Shown in pieces: positions 43,853 to 58,040 of a stretch of DNA of 64,000 nucleotides. The DNA lies in the NCBI RefSeq assembly GCF_009914755.1, contig NC_060926.1; one strand, written 5' to 3'. A program made the translations under genes and the position numbers. The DNA is from the human T2T-CHM13v2.0 reference genome, Homo sapiens. Position 1 is the stretch's first letter; each line of letters opens with the position of its first letter. Under the pieces are notes generated by a model. That model had not been told where the DNA came from. It saw nothing but the letters and a program-made list of their open reading frames with translations, and did no database searches.

Positions 43853-44893
43853 TTAAGTCCAACCTCTAGGATTAGCCTCTAAATTCCTTCACAACAGAGC
43901 CATACCTGTAATTCTAGCTTCCTTTTCCTCTTGTTTTTCCTACAGTTTCATGATTTTTTAAAAATTTTCCAGCCATACATGATTATTTTAGAGTTCTTAG
44001 AATTTGCGCTTTTCCGAGTTGCATCAGCTCCCTGATATGTTGTTCATGCCTCCTTAGTGCCCTGTGATCTTCCAGTTCAAGCATCTTCCAATCTCAATAT
44101 ACATAAGAGTCCCAGAGGAGGACATTACTGCTGGGCTTTTCTGCTCTTACAGCCTACAGATAACCTCCATATTCTGTCCTATTGAATAAGGTAAGAGTGG
44201 TGCTTTATTCAATATTATGTTCTCAGTGCATATATTTAGTAGCTGCCATAGATTTTCTTAATACTAGAAAAACTGTTTGAGATTTTTATTATACAGATGA
44301 GAGATGGAAATAAACTATAGCTGTGTTAATGAAAATAAGGATTTATTATGTCTCTCTGGTATGCATCTTGGGGGTTAATAAAAATTGTAATAGAATTGAA
44401 ACTAATTTGGTATAAAAAGTGAAGTTTTCTGAGAAGAAAATGGAAGAAAGTTTTGTCAAATAAAGTGTTAAAACTATTGAAAAGTGAGAAATCAACAAAG
44501 ATCTTAGTATTAATTTAAACTACTTATTTCTCAAATTCTGCCATGTGTATTTTTACAGATTTTTAATTCAAAAGCACATTTCAAAACTTAAGAAGCCATG
44601 AATTCGTTTGCATGTACATAGGTCTGTCTTATTTAAGTTGATATCACTAGAAATAAAGATTGCCAGTAAAGTTCAAAAGCTTGAAGGTAATATAACAGCA
44701 TTCACATACAAATATTTAGCAGAGTTCCTTCAAATAAGAGAAAACTGAAAATCTTAATGAGATAAAATTGCTTGAGAAAAGAAAAATTTTTTAAAAGCAT
44801 TGTATTTAGTGACCATTATATTTTAGCACCATGGTCTGTATTTTTTTATTTTGATAGATCTTAGATAAACCTATTATTATGTTTTTATTTTGA

Positions 44894-46028
<1,135 letters not shown>

Positions 46029-46107
46029 TAAAACACATCACTCGTTAATAGCAGAATTAGAAACCTAATTCAGATCGCATGACTTTAAGTTTACATTGCT
46101 TTAAAAA

Positions 46108-46139
46108 TACCTAAAACTTAAAGTATAATAATAAAAAAA
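46108..46139 (+). mobile_element. Minimal L1PA 3'-terminal fragment (about 30 nt)
   Basis: cctaaaacttaaagtataataataa is identical to the L1PA terminus, followed by an A run and preceded by TT/AAAA. Confidence 0.8.
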
Positions 46140-46783
46140 TATATATACCATATTGTGTCAAGAGGAAATTTTTCAGTTTGACATAAAATCAGTACATTGA
46201 GCTTGTATACTTGATAGCTTCCCTTGTCAAATTCTCTTGGAAATGTACAGAAAACATCTGACATATTTGGAAAGTAGAATGAAAATGTATAATCGGGAAG
46301 AAAAAAGTGTCATTAAATATGAAACTAAGGACTTTTCACAAGGTACAGTGCAAATAAAACCCAAATGAAGAAAGTTCTGACTATAACCAAAAGTAGTAAG
46401 AACATTTGTTGAGAACTTATTTTATGCCAATACAAACATACGTAAGACAGAAAGAAGTATTTAAACTTTGTGATTCATTAGACACAGCATGTTTCAAGCA
46501 GTTATCAAGACAGGGCTCAACCCATTAAGAGAAATCCAGGAAATGGGGTAAATGAACAAAGCGGACAGTTTTTCCAGAAATCCCTATAACGGAAAACCAG
46601 GGAACCACTAAAATAATAAAGATGTCTACTTTTTAAGACAAAAATATCCGGTATTATTATTGACATTCTCTTGATCAACACACAAATAAGCTAAAGTCTA
46701 AGCTCATATGCATTTTTGACAGACAGACAAGAAGAAAGAACACAAAAAGAAAAACGAACATACATATTTTTGTGAAAAAACAT

Positions 46784-47158
46784 TGTGATTGTCCTTTTGG
46801 TGCTGATTCACAGCCACTTACTCTCTTTTCAGGCTCATGAGAGGAATATAATTTTCAATCCCTTGCAATTAGACAAGGTCATGTGACTAACTTAAGGGCT
46901 ATGTCCAAAGAATATAATTGCTGGTGTGGGACACTAATCCTCCCTTCCCTACTATGGTAAGCCCTGGACCCTCATAATGAGACCGTGATGTCATAGAGGT
47001 AAAACTTTATCAGCCTATGGTCCCTGAATGACAAAAGGGACCAAACACTTTTATTAAACAGTGTTGAATATATATATGAATAACAAATAAACTTGTTGTT
47101 TTAAGTCATTGAAATAAGGTTTTCTTACTGCATCGTGGTCTAGACCAGCCATGTAATG
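46784..47158 (+). mobile_element. Old MaLR LTR (MLT1I/J-like)
   Basis: cccttgcaattagacaaggtcatgtgactaa ... aaataaacttgttgttttaagtcattgaaat. Confidence 0.7.
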
Positions 47159-48667
47159 TGTGTGTGCCAAAAACATATATGTATACCACATAGATGCATG
47201 TGTGTATGCATATATGCATGTGTGTACATCAAAAACATGTTTTTCTTATCTCTGGATTGTAGACCCTTACGTATTATTTTATAATTATTCTCTGTTTTTG
47301 TTTTTTGGATTTTTATTAAAGTATATTTTCTACTTCAGATGGCACGCAGTATATTTGGAATAATATAATCAACTATTCGATCAATAGTGACTTTTTTTGG
47401 AAAATCAGGAGGAAAATGACTCTGGAACATTGATTTTCAGTTATGTGAAGAGCCATAATTAATATCAGTTATCAAATATAGATATTTTTATTTCCCTGCT
47501 AAACAAAAATTAGAATTTACCTAATATTTAGATATAGTAAGAATGCATGCATTTGGCAGAATGTATTCATATAGGTTAAATATTTTGATTTAGTATTTAG
47601 AAAGGTCAATAAATTGCAACCGTTTTGTGTTTGACCAGATCTTGGAGTAACAAAAGCAGATATATAGTTTAAAGACAGTCTTACATATGTCTTCAGAAGC
47701 TAACTACATGGAATTTATCTTTTGAGTGGGCAGGAGAATGCACATTAATGGATACCAGTGAGAGATTCTTGCCCTACTTGTAATAAGACTCAAGTGTGAC
47801 CTGAATGGCTCCCTGCTGCTTAGATTTATGTTCTTCTCAGAGGTATTGGATATTGTATTTCACTACAAAGAGCTAAAAACATTGCAATCATTATTTATAA
47901 ATCTTTTAGAAAAATGTATCTTCTTTGCAGCAACTATGGCAACAGGGAACTCGAAATGACACTGGAAAAGAATTGAGCTCAGTTGCAATGGGTAATGTAC
48001 ATAGGATTTATATTTTATTACCATCTATATTTTAGAACTGAAAAAATCTAAACAGTATATATGATTTTTTCTGTATTTAACTCATGTGTTACATTAAAGC
48101 AACATTTAAATATAATGCAAGTCACATTTATGTAACTATCATGAAAAATTTATAAAAATGACTCCAGGTGAATCAAAATCATCTCATTTCAAGGGTACTG
48201 CCAGCTTTACATATTAGCAATAATACTAGCATTTCTAGCCATAGTGCTTATATTACTGCACTTGTTATAAATTTAATGAGCTTTCTGGAAATGCAGATAT
48301 GGTCATTCTTTTTAAATATTTAATTTAAAGCAAACATAATTTCTTTTATTTTACTTATTACTTTAAGAACACACCTACAGTACCCTCTTATATTATATTG
48401 GATACAGTAGGTTTTTGTCTTAGTAATTGTTTTACCCCATGTTAAGATTCCTTTTTTGATCAGGAAACTTTCTGCTATTTATAATATTTCTTACAAAGTT
48501 ATATTTTTCCCTTAAATTAAAAGCATACATTACTTAAAGATATAGATAGTTAGGAGCTCTTACGTTTGTCACCACGTTTATGCCCACATTAGCAAGTCCA
48601 CGCAAATTCCTCTCCCAAGGAAGATATTGGAAAATTGCTATATTTGACTGTATGACATGACCATCAT

Positions 48668-49091
48668 TGCATTAGTTTGCTAAGGCTGCCACAAGAAGTA
48701 CTGCAGATTGAGTGGCCTCAACAGCAGAAATGTATTTTCTCATAGTTCTGGAGGTTTAGCAGTCCAAAATGAAGGTGTCGAGCAGGGTTGGTACTTTCTG
48801 AAGACTGAGAAAAGGACCTAGCCCAGGCCTCTCCCAGGCTTGTAGGTGGCCATCTCCTCCCTTTCACGTTGACTTTCACGTTGTCTTTCTTCTCTATTTG
48901 TTGTATCTAAATTTCCTCCTAAAAGGACACCAATCATATTAGATGAGGGCCCACTCTAATTACCTCATTTTAATTTAATTGCTTCTTTAAAGACTTAGTC
49001 TCCAAATACTGAGATATTTGGACATTCTGAGGTGCAAGGAATTAGTAATTGAACATATGAATCTTAAGGGGGCCCAACTCAGGCCATGACA
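48668..49091 (-). mobile_element. MLT1B-like LTR
   Basis: tgcattagtttgctaaggctgcc ... aaggacaccaatcatattagatgagggcccactctaat. Confidence 0.88.
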
Positions 49092-50214
49092 ATCATTTGA
49101 TTTGATAATATAACCTGTCGAATATATTTGTTTCCAGTGCTCTTATTGTTTTACAAATTCTACAGCAAATATCTGAGTAGTTAATTCTTCGTATAAATCC
49201 TTAATTATTTTGTATACTGTTTTGCTCTGACAGATATATTAGATTAAATAATGCAAATATTTCTTAAGCCTTTAAACTTGTTGAAAAATTTCAACCTGAA
49301 AATACATGGCAACTTGTAGATACGATAGAAATATTTGAGAAATTATTCCCCAATATTTTCCCCAACACTAAATATATTTTAACAAGTTAATATTTCCTCT
49401 CATAAGAAAACAAAATAGTATATCATCATTTCAATTTGCATTTCTAAAGTATCAATGACATTAAATGGTTTTTATATAAGTAATTTGTATTTCTTTTTTG
49501 AAGGTGGGAGATAGCATCTTCGATTTTTTTGGCCTATTTATTCAGTAACAGTATCATTACCTTCTTTGTAATAAGACATATTACAGCATTTTTCTTGGGT
49601 TTTTGGTATGCCTGTTAATTTTATCTATGGTACGTTGTTCCTGAACACAATTTTTTAAATTTATGAATTAAATTCAGAAAACAACACTCTTTTTCCTTAT
49701 AACTTCTACTCCATTTGGTGGCATGGTTAATTTATATAAAAGGCATACATTTATTTGGGACAAGTAAACAAGGTATAATTGGATTTTGTCTCTTGTCAAA
49801 ATAACAACATCATCATTTTTAAATTAGGAACTTTACCTGCTGTAAGTAAGTGCTTTGCTTCAGGAATTGCACTCCCCAGAGTGAGCTGGGCCACCACCAG
49901 CCACACCTCCTTCTTACCTGTGTCATGGATATTGCTTTTCTCACATGAATGTAGAACGATGCCCAAGGTGAGAATAAGCAGTACTTTGGTAAAGGAATTC
50001 CTGTCCACTTTTCTCGTTCTGAGTTAAGATGCATAGTGACATAGTTAAGATGCTAAGCTTCTGTGCCTCTCATTTTGTTTCTGTTTCAGAAAGTGAGATC
50101 TAGGCTCAGCACAGGGGAGCAGATTCCCTAAAGCTCGACTCTCATCATGGCTCCCTGGGGTAATGAATGGAGATTCCTCCAGTATGCCGGCATTAGTAAA
50201 TCTTCTTATTGTTT

Positions 50215-50312
50215 TCTTGTCTGTTTCTTTTTGTTTTTGTTGTTATTGTTTTTTTGTTGTTGTTGTTGATGTTGTGGTGGTAATGGTTGTTTTTGTTTCC
50301 GTTTTGTCTTTT
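50215..50312. repeat. T/G-rich low-complexity (TTG)n tract
   Basis: ttgttgttgttgttgatgttg and surrounding T runs. Confidence 0.8.
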
Positions 50313-51343
50313 GCATTTACATGGAAGTTTTCTTCCAGCATTTTAGAAGCCACAAGGGGGCCGTAGGAGGCCCTTCTCATATTTTACTATTTAGAAGAAT
50401 TTTCCTCCTTTATGAATTTTATATCATAGTAAAAATAATTGACTATTTTATTTATTTAGGTCTATAAAAAGTTAACTAAAATTTAATGAGACTGATTATT
50501 GTTTTGATTTACAGAGACCATCCTAATTATTTTATAGTCACTATGCTCTATTGTGCCTCTAATGAGGCTACTGGTTCCAATTTAGAAGCATTATCTATAA
50601 AGAGAGAGTTAGAGGAAAGACAGAAGTACACACAGACTTTAGAAGTTTGATCTTCAGGCATCTTCCTCATGCGTGAGCTAGCCAATGTTTTCTTCTTTAT
50701 TTCTATGCCTTTGGACCCAGGGATTAATTAAGTCTGGGTTGGTCTTTGGTCTATTTTACACCATGGGGTTCTTCTCCTACCAAGCCTGAGTACAGTCTTC
50801 CCAGGAGCCTCTCTATGCTGTCCCTATGGCAGTAATATCAGGGATTCTCAGATTTTCACTCTTCTATTAAAAGCCAAGAGAGTAGAGCTTTAAAGTCAAT
50901 TAATAATGATATAATGAGAGAAGTTTTCCACTTTATGGGTCTTCATGCTCTTAATTCATCAATTTGAGCTTCTCCAAAACATCCACCTTTGTTACAATGC
51001 TGCTTTAGGACTGACACAAGATCACATGGTCAAAGACTTATTCACCTACAAAGATAATTTTTGTTTTGTTTTTAAATCTTGCATTGTTTCCAAAGAAAAT
51101 TTATATGATGTAAATTTCAAATCATAAACAGCACCTTTTCGAATTAAGCATGATGGATGAGCATGTGATGTGTAAGAAACTAAAAGAGAGAGAGAGTAAA
51201 GAGAGAGTAAATTCTGCCTCTCACTTATCCAAGATCAAGAGACGAATGGATTAATCAGTCAGTAGGAATAGTATCCCCCAATTTTATGTCTGAATCTATT
51301 ATCAAACGAATACATTCTAATAAAGTCAGACAAGTAGTTCTAA

Positions 51344-51661
<318 letters not shown>

Positions 51662-52372
51662 TAAAGGAACTTTTAAAATCAATTTCTGAGTCTCACATCA
51701 GACTTACTAAATCACTCTCTCTTTTAAATGATGGAACCCATGAACAGATGTCTAAAATTCTAGAGACAATTTTTATGCCCTGCCAGAGATGAAAAGTATT
51801 GTGATAGATGATAAACCAAAATCATGAACTAGCAATGCAGTTTGCCAATACTCTCCCTAATTTAACCTCATGACATTTGTAATTAACTAATTAATCTTCC
51901 ATTCATCAGAAAATATCCTGCTGCTATCATTAGAGAGGAAAAATAACTTGAATAAAAGCAATGCTATTTTCTGCATTTATTCTCCAATACAAAATTGAAT
52001 TTTGTTGATAGCTTAAATTATTTTTTCTTACTACTAACTGTAATTCTAACCTCCTAGTGACAAATATTTACTATTGATCAAGCTCTATGAGAAACACTTA
52101 AGATAATTTTTAGGATATATAGAAGATGATGCATAAAATCGTTTATATAAAACACAATACAAAACAGTATACAAGAAGGTTTACATAACGTATAAAAATG
52201 TTCTATATTTAATGAGACACAGGGAGATTCCTTTCTGACCAAAGTATCAACTAAGAGCACAAATATAGGAATAGCAATTACATTTTAATACGACACTCTA
52301 CATGGTCCCTCGCAACAATGCAGACTAGCTTTAGTAAGAAGGAAGAGAAATACTAGGTAGTTCTTCCTACAA

Positions 52373-52390
52373 TCTCTCTCTCTCTTTATC

Positions 52391-52424
<34 letters not shown>

Positions 52425-52570
52425 AACACACACACGTATATGTATATATACACGTATATACATATATATGTGTGTATATATGTATATACGTATATATATG
52501 TATATATGTGTGTATATATATACGTATATATGTGTGTATATATACGTATATATACAAACACACACACAGA
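52373..52570. repeat. Compound (TC)(TA)(CA) microsatellite with TATATG/TACG units
   Basis: About 180 bp of mostly alternating purine-pyrimidine sequence. Confidence 0.93.
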
Positions 52571-52994
52571 TATCACAGTCTTATTTACATTTTCATTATT
52601 TCCATATTATAAGTGGTAAAGGATAATTAATTCAACATTAAAATAATTCCCAGAAGATTTCTGAACTAAATAATAGACTCTTCAAAACTCATCATCAATT
52701 CTAAGAACTGGGAAATTGTTTTCCTTTTGTATGGTAGCAGAACGCTTGTTTATTTTAGTCATCTAGTTCCAAAATAGAATGAAGGAAAAATGAAAGCCTA
52801 AGTAAAACTGTTGCATTCTCTATTGTAAGACACACTGACACTCTAAGAAGAGGGCAAGAAATCTCAAGGAGTTTATCCATCATAAGTTATTGAAAAGAAA
52901 CACTTTCAGCCTTTCAAAGAAAACATGTTGACAGATATACGGAAATCTAACAACACATTGTCACTGAGTGTGAGGACATGATGTAAGGTAATGA

Positions 52995-53296
<302 letters not shown>

Positions 53297-53529
53297 AATG
53301 ATGATTTTTAAAAGTTTATTTCAAGCCAACAGTTCAAGAGAGTACCTAAAAGCAATGACTTCTAGGAAACATAGGTTATTTTATATCTAATTTGCAGAAG
53401 TGATTACTCACCATTTTCTTTCATTAGAACTGCTATCATAGCTATAACATTTGTACTAATCTTTAATGCTACTATCTAGGTGAAAAATTAGAAATATTTT
53501 AAACTTTGGTCAGAGTCCTCAAAGAAGAG

Positions 53530-53770
53530 GACAAAATAACTAAGAGTTAAGAGACTTTAGCATTAGAACCTAGGATTGAGACTGAGTTCTACCAAAGACT
53601 AGATGGGTAATTTAGAGCTAATTGCTTTGTATGCGGCTCAATTCTTTATTTGTAATATAGAGTTTATAATAAATAGTATATGTAGTGAAGAAAAAGTTAT
53701 AACAAGTATACATTACATTTAACACACCTAGCACATAGGACACCCTCAACAAACAGCTACAGCTGCTGTA
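53530..53770 (+). mobile_element. MIR SINE, degenerate
   Basis: gttaagagactttagcattagaacctagg ... acacacctagcacataggacaccctcaacaaacagcta follows the MIR head and tail. Confidence 0.65.
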
Positions 53771-56332
53771 AATCATGTGTATATAATATAACATGCAAGC
53801 ATATCTTCATGTATTGATTAATTACTACTTCTTGGAAAAGGATCTGAGGAACATATTTAATATATTTAATATGCCTGCTCATATGTTCATTTAGTGCTTA
53901 TCAATTATATTTAGTGCTTTTCTATTAGCTTCATCCATTTGATTAAGATAGCAACTTGTATTATTTAATATATGTTACTCTGTGCTGTTTCTTCATAGTT
54001 AAAAATTCCAATACATACTAAGTAAAAGGAAGATGTAAGTCATTAAGGTGTTTTTCCATTTATCAGTTGTGCTAAATGGAATTTTTTTTTACAGTTGTGG
54101 TAAATGGAAAAGCACTTTAAATGACTCTAGATAGATGCACTTTTTTTCTTTTCCTTTTTTTTAAATTAACAGGATATGAATCCATGCTATATCTCTTTTA
54201 AAGTTGCTGGGACTTTCTAGTTTATCTAGAGTTAACAGCACTGATATAAACCTATCATAGAAAAATACATTTTACACATATTCAATGTACTTCAAAATTA
54301 GATGCTTCATGGAATTTTTCAGGTTGCTTTTCTGTTCAACCTTAAATATTTAAACAGTTTTATAAAAAATAGATAATTTTGTGCTTCAAAATATCATAAC
54401 TGTGTCAGGAATTTGTTATTTTGAGTTTATCAAATGACATAATTGAATTTGAGATATATAACAACACCATAGTTGATAAAACAAATTATTGCTAAAAATA
54501 ATTTAAGCAGGCACTACCAACATAAAATATTATAAGATATTTAATAAATAAGAATGGCATTTCATGAGGTTTTCCATTTGGATGGTGCATGTCCTGGGAA
54601 GAATTTCTTTATGTCATTATGTCACAGAGACTATATTAAGTAGTAATTACTACTAACAAAAAGTAATACTGCACAAATTACCAGAGCCATCCTTTTTATT
54701 AACACAACTTGATAAAAAATAAGAAAGCTATTGCTAAAACTATCACATTAATATTCCTCTGAGAGTTGAACTATAATTGCAGTCGCTTTTATTCTGCCCC
54801 ATGAGACACCAGAGGAATGCAGGAGGCAGCTGGCAATCTACTCATGTAATTATATTTCTCCCTATGTTTGAATTATTAGGCAGAATTTTTGCTAATAGAG
54901 CTGCAAATGAATAGTATCCTATTCTCTTTATATTAAATTCAGTTATTAGTGGGCTGTGGAGAGATTTCCAACACAGCACAGATATCACATATTGTATGCC
55001 TCTGACCTCCACTCATAACTTACCAGTAACAGAGAAGTTAAGGAATTGCAAGAAATAAAGAAAATTTAAGATATTGCCTAGCAACACTCGAAAATATTAA
55101 AGTCATAGAAGACTCACCAGGAATGAGAAAAGGTGAAATCATTTAAAAACTATTTTAGACATAGTTTCTTAGTTTCTTTGTCATCTAGGTAGAAAAAGAG
55201 AGCTAAGCAGAAATTGGCTCATTTTCCATGCATCAGAAAAGCAATAGAGGAATAGATAGAAATAAAGACATACTTTTCTAGTCATCACTGCAAACTCACA
55301 TCAGGGCAGTAAAATTTCCATCAAAAATATTTCTAACTGAGTTTAAATTTAAAGTAATAAAATATGCATCTAATACAGAAATAATTGAGCCACAACACCA
55401 TGCAGTCTTGCTTCAGTGTGGCATCCATGATATCAGTTCCAGGCCTTTTTATTTATTTCAAGAAATAGTAAATAGATCTACTTTTTATTTTAAAAATTAA
55501 ACATCTTTGTTATTTCAAATATACACTTATTTTTAATCACTGAACATGACAATTCAGATGCTGTTTTCCTTGCAAATGGCTCTCTAAAGCACGAATACTG
55601 GGATTCAAGAGTTCCTCAAAGGCATGGAATATAATGAAAAATATCACAGGGTTGCAAGTAAAAATATGCTTTAGCAGTGTTGTTTTGATAATTAAATAAA
55701 AAAGTAAACCACACAGCCTCTTTGTGTATGAGGAGGTAATTTCAGTAAATACTTGGTCAATCTTACTGATTTATAATGTCCCATGGGAATTATTTCAACA
55801 GCAGAGGTATTTGTGCTGGTTATAGTAGAAGAAGCTACTTGATGTATCAAACTACCTTTATGTGTCTTCTACAGTGCTTTTGAGTGAAACATCCACACGT
55901 GCACACGCCCCTTCCTGAGACTGTGGAATGAGGTTGTGGGAACTTCTATCAGTGAGATATTAGGGAAGGGAAGAGAAAGGGCTACTTTGTGTGAAGACAA
56001 TGTCAGGATAAAGCAGTCTGTCTTAATATAGCCTAATATAGAAAGCCATTTTGCATGGCATGGGTGGGAGGGTAAAAGAGGAATACAACTTAGCAAAGTA
56101 GGTGGAAGCTCCTAGAAACAGAAATGACAAAACTGTTTAATGTTAAAATAAAAAGATCTATCTACTAATATATATATTAGGCCCCACCATTGCTCAGGCC
56201 CTGACAATTTTTGCTTTTCCTGGATGAGCACTATGCTATGTATCTGCCTCACTCCCTCTATAATATTCCCAGAAAAATCTTCCTCAAATACAAAACTGAA
56301 ATTTTTAGTCATCTGCTTAAAACCCGGTGTCT

Positions 56333-56430
56333 CGGAGGCGGAGGTTGCAGTGAGCCAAGATCGTGCCATTGCACTCCAGCCTGGGCAACAAGAGCGAAAC
56401 TCCATCTCAAAACAAACAAACAAACAAAAA
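56333..56430 (+). mobile_element. Heavily 5'-truncated Alu (last ~75 nt of the right arm plus tail; Sp/Sq-like)
   Basis: ggaggcggaggttgcagtgagccaagatcgtgccattgcactccagcctgggcaacaagagcgaaactccatctc. TSD-like aaaacccggtgtc / aaaaaatggtgtc. Confidence 0.93.
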
Positions 56431-56781
56431 AAAATGGTGTCCTTTCTTGTTTTCCAGAATAAAATTGATTGTCACAGGTTGATTAGTATGTACTTAAAAG
56501 TAGACTTGACTGAAGCCAGCGGATTTTAGCAGAGAAGACATTTATAATTTATATTTCCAACAAAATAAAGGCTTCCATACAATTCTTTTGATAGGGAAGA
56601 AGGAAAACTAATAAATTAGAACAAGCATGATTACTTTAAGTGGTGAGTCTCTAAAAGGGTTTGATTGCTGGCTCAGACTTTATCAAACACAATTAGTGTC
56701 CCAAAGGGCATACTACTCTGTCCTCAACACTTTTTAACTCTGATCACATGGTATACATTTAATAAAAAATTGTTGAATGAG

Positions 56782-57531
56782 TAACCACCATTCAATTATC
56801 TACTTCTATGATATCAACTTTTTTAGATTTCACATGTAAGTGAGGTCTTCAGGTATTTATCTTTCTATGCCTTGTTTAGTTCATGTAATATAATGTTCTC
56901 CAGATTCACTCATGTTGTCACAAATGACATGATTTCCTTCCTTTTATGGCTGAATAGTATCCCATTGTTTATATATATCACGTTATCTTTATCCATTTAT
57001 CTGTTGACAGACACTTAGATTGATTTCATATCTTGGCTATTGTGACTAGTGCTTCAGTGAACACAGGACTGCAGGAATCTCATCAATATACTGACTTCAT
57101 TTCCTTTGGATGTAAACCCAGTAGTGGGATTGCTGGATTATATGATCATTTTATTTTTAACTTTTTGAGAAACCTCCATACTGGTTTTCATAATGGCTTT
57201 ATTAATTTACATTCCCACCAACAGTGTGCAAGGGTTCCTTTTTCTCCATCAATACATGTTACTTTTTGTCTTTTGGATAATGGGCATTCTAACAGAAATG
57301 AAGTGATATCTTATTGGGATTTTGCTCTGCATTTCCCTCATCATTAGTGATGTTGAGCACTTGTTCATATACATGTTGGCCATTTGTATGTCTTTTGAAA
57401 AATATCTGTTTAGGTCTTTTGCCCATTTTTAAAATCAGGTTATTTGACTTCTTGCTATTGAATTGTTTGAATTCCTGATTTTGTTTGGATGTTAAGCCTT
57501 TATCACATGTATAGTTTGCAAATATTTTATC
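56782..57531 (-). mobile_element. L1MA-type 3' fragment
   Basis: ttttatggctgaatagtatcccattg ... aatttacattcccaccaacagtgtgcaagggttcc ... agtttgcaaatatttt. Confidence 0.9.
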
Positions 57532-57819
57532 TTATAAAGAGAAGTGAATGCCAAGTTCCTGAATCCAGAAAGAAGAGGTATTGGGTTTAGTGGCAAGTGG
57601 TCCTCCATCTAGACCACTTCAATGGAACTTCTTTTATCCATGAAACAACTGAGAATAAATGGAAAAAAAATAGTCAGCTGGCAAACCTGAAAAAAATACT
57701 TGAGACATAGGATGAATAGAAGTCAAACAGAAAGCAAGAGGGGAATTGCTCTTGTCTCTGATTTATGACAATGGCTATCAGTTATGTGTACTAATGCCCC
57801 AATAGCTAATAATTGAGTT

Positions 57820-58040
57820 AATATAATAACTAGCATGTACTAAGCAATTAGTATGTGATCAGTCATTATGCTCAGTGTTTTCCCTACATTATCTCATTTA
57901 CTCTTAAACCAGGTGAAATTGGTATTATTATGTCCATTTTACATATAAGTAAATTTAGGCTTCAAGTAATTGATTACCTTTTTTGGGATCACACAGTTAG
58001 TCCAAGGTTCAAGTGAATGCCTTTCTGAGTCCAAAACTTC
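57820..58040 (-). mobile_element. MIR SINE
   Basis: ggtattattatgtccattttacatataagtaaatttaggctt ... gatcacacagttag. Confidence 0.7.

Noticed and set aside
49796-50008. ORF with a signal-peptide or lipobox-like look (…VLLILTLGIVLHSC…)
   Set aside because: It starts at GTG in eukaryotic DNA with no supporting gene structure. Hydrophobic stretches are common in AT-rich chance ORFs.
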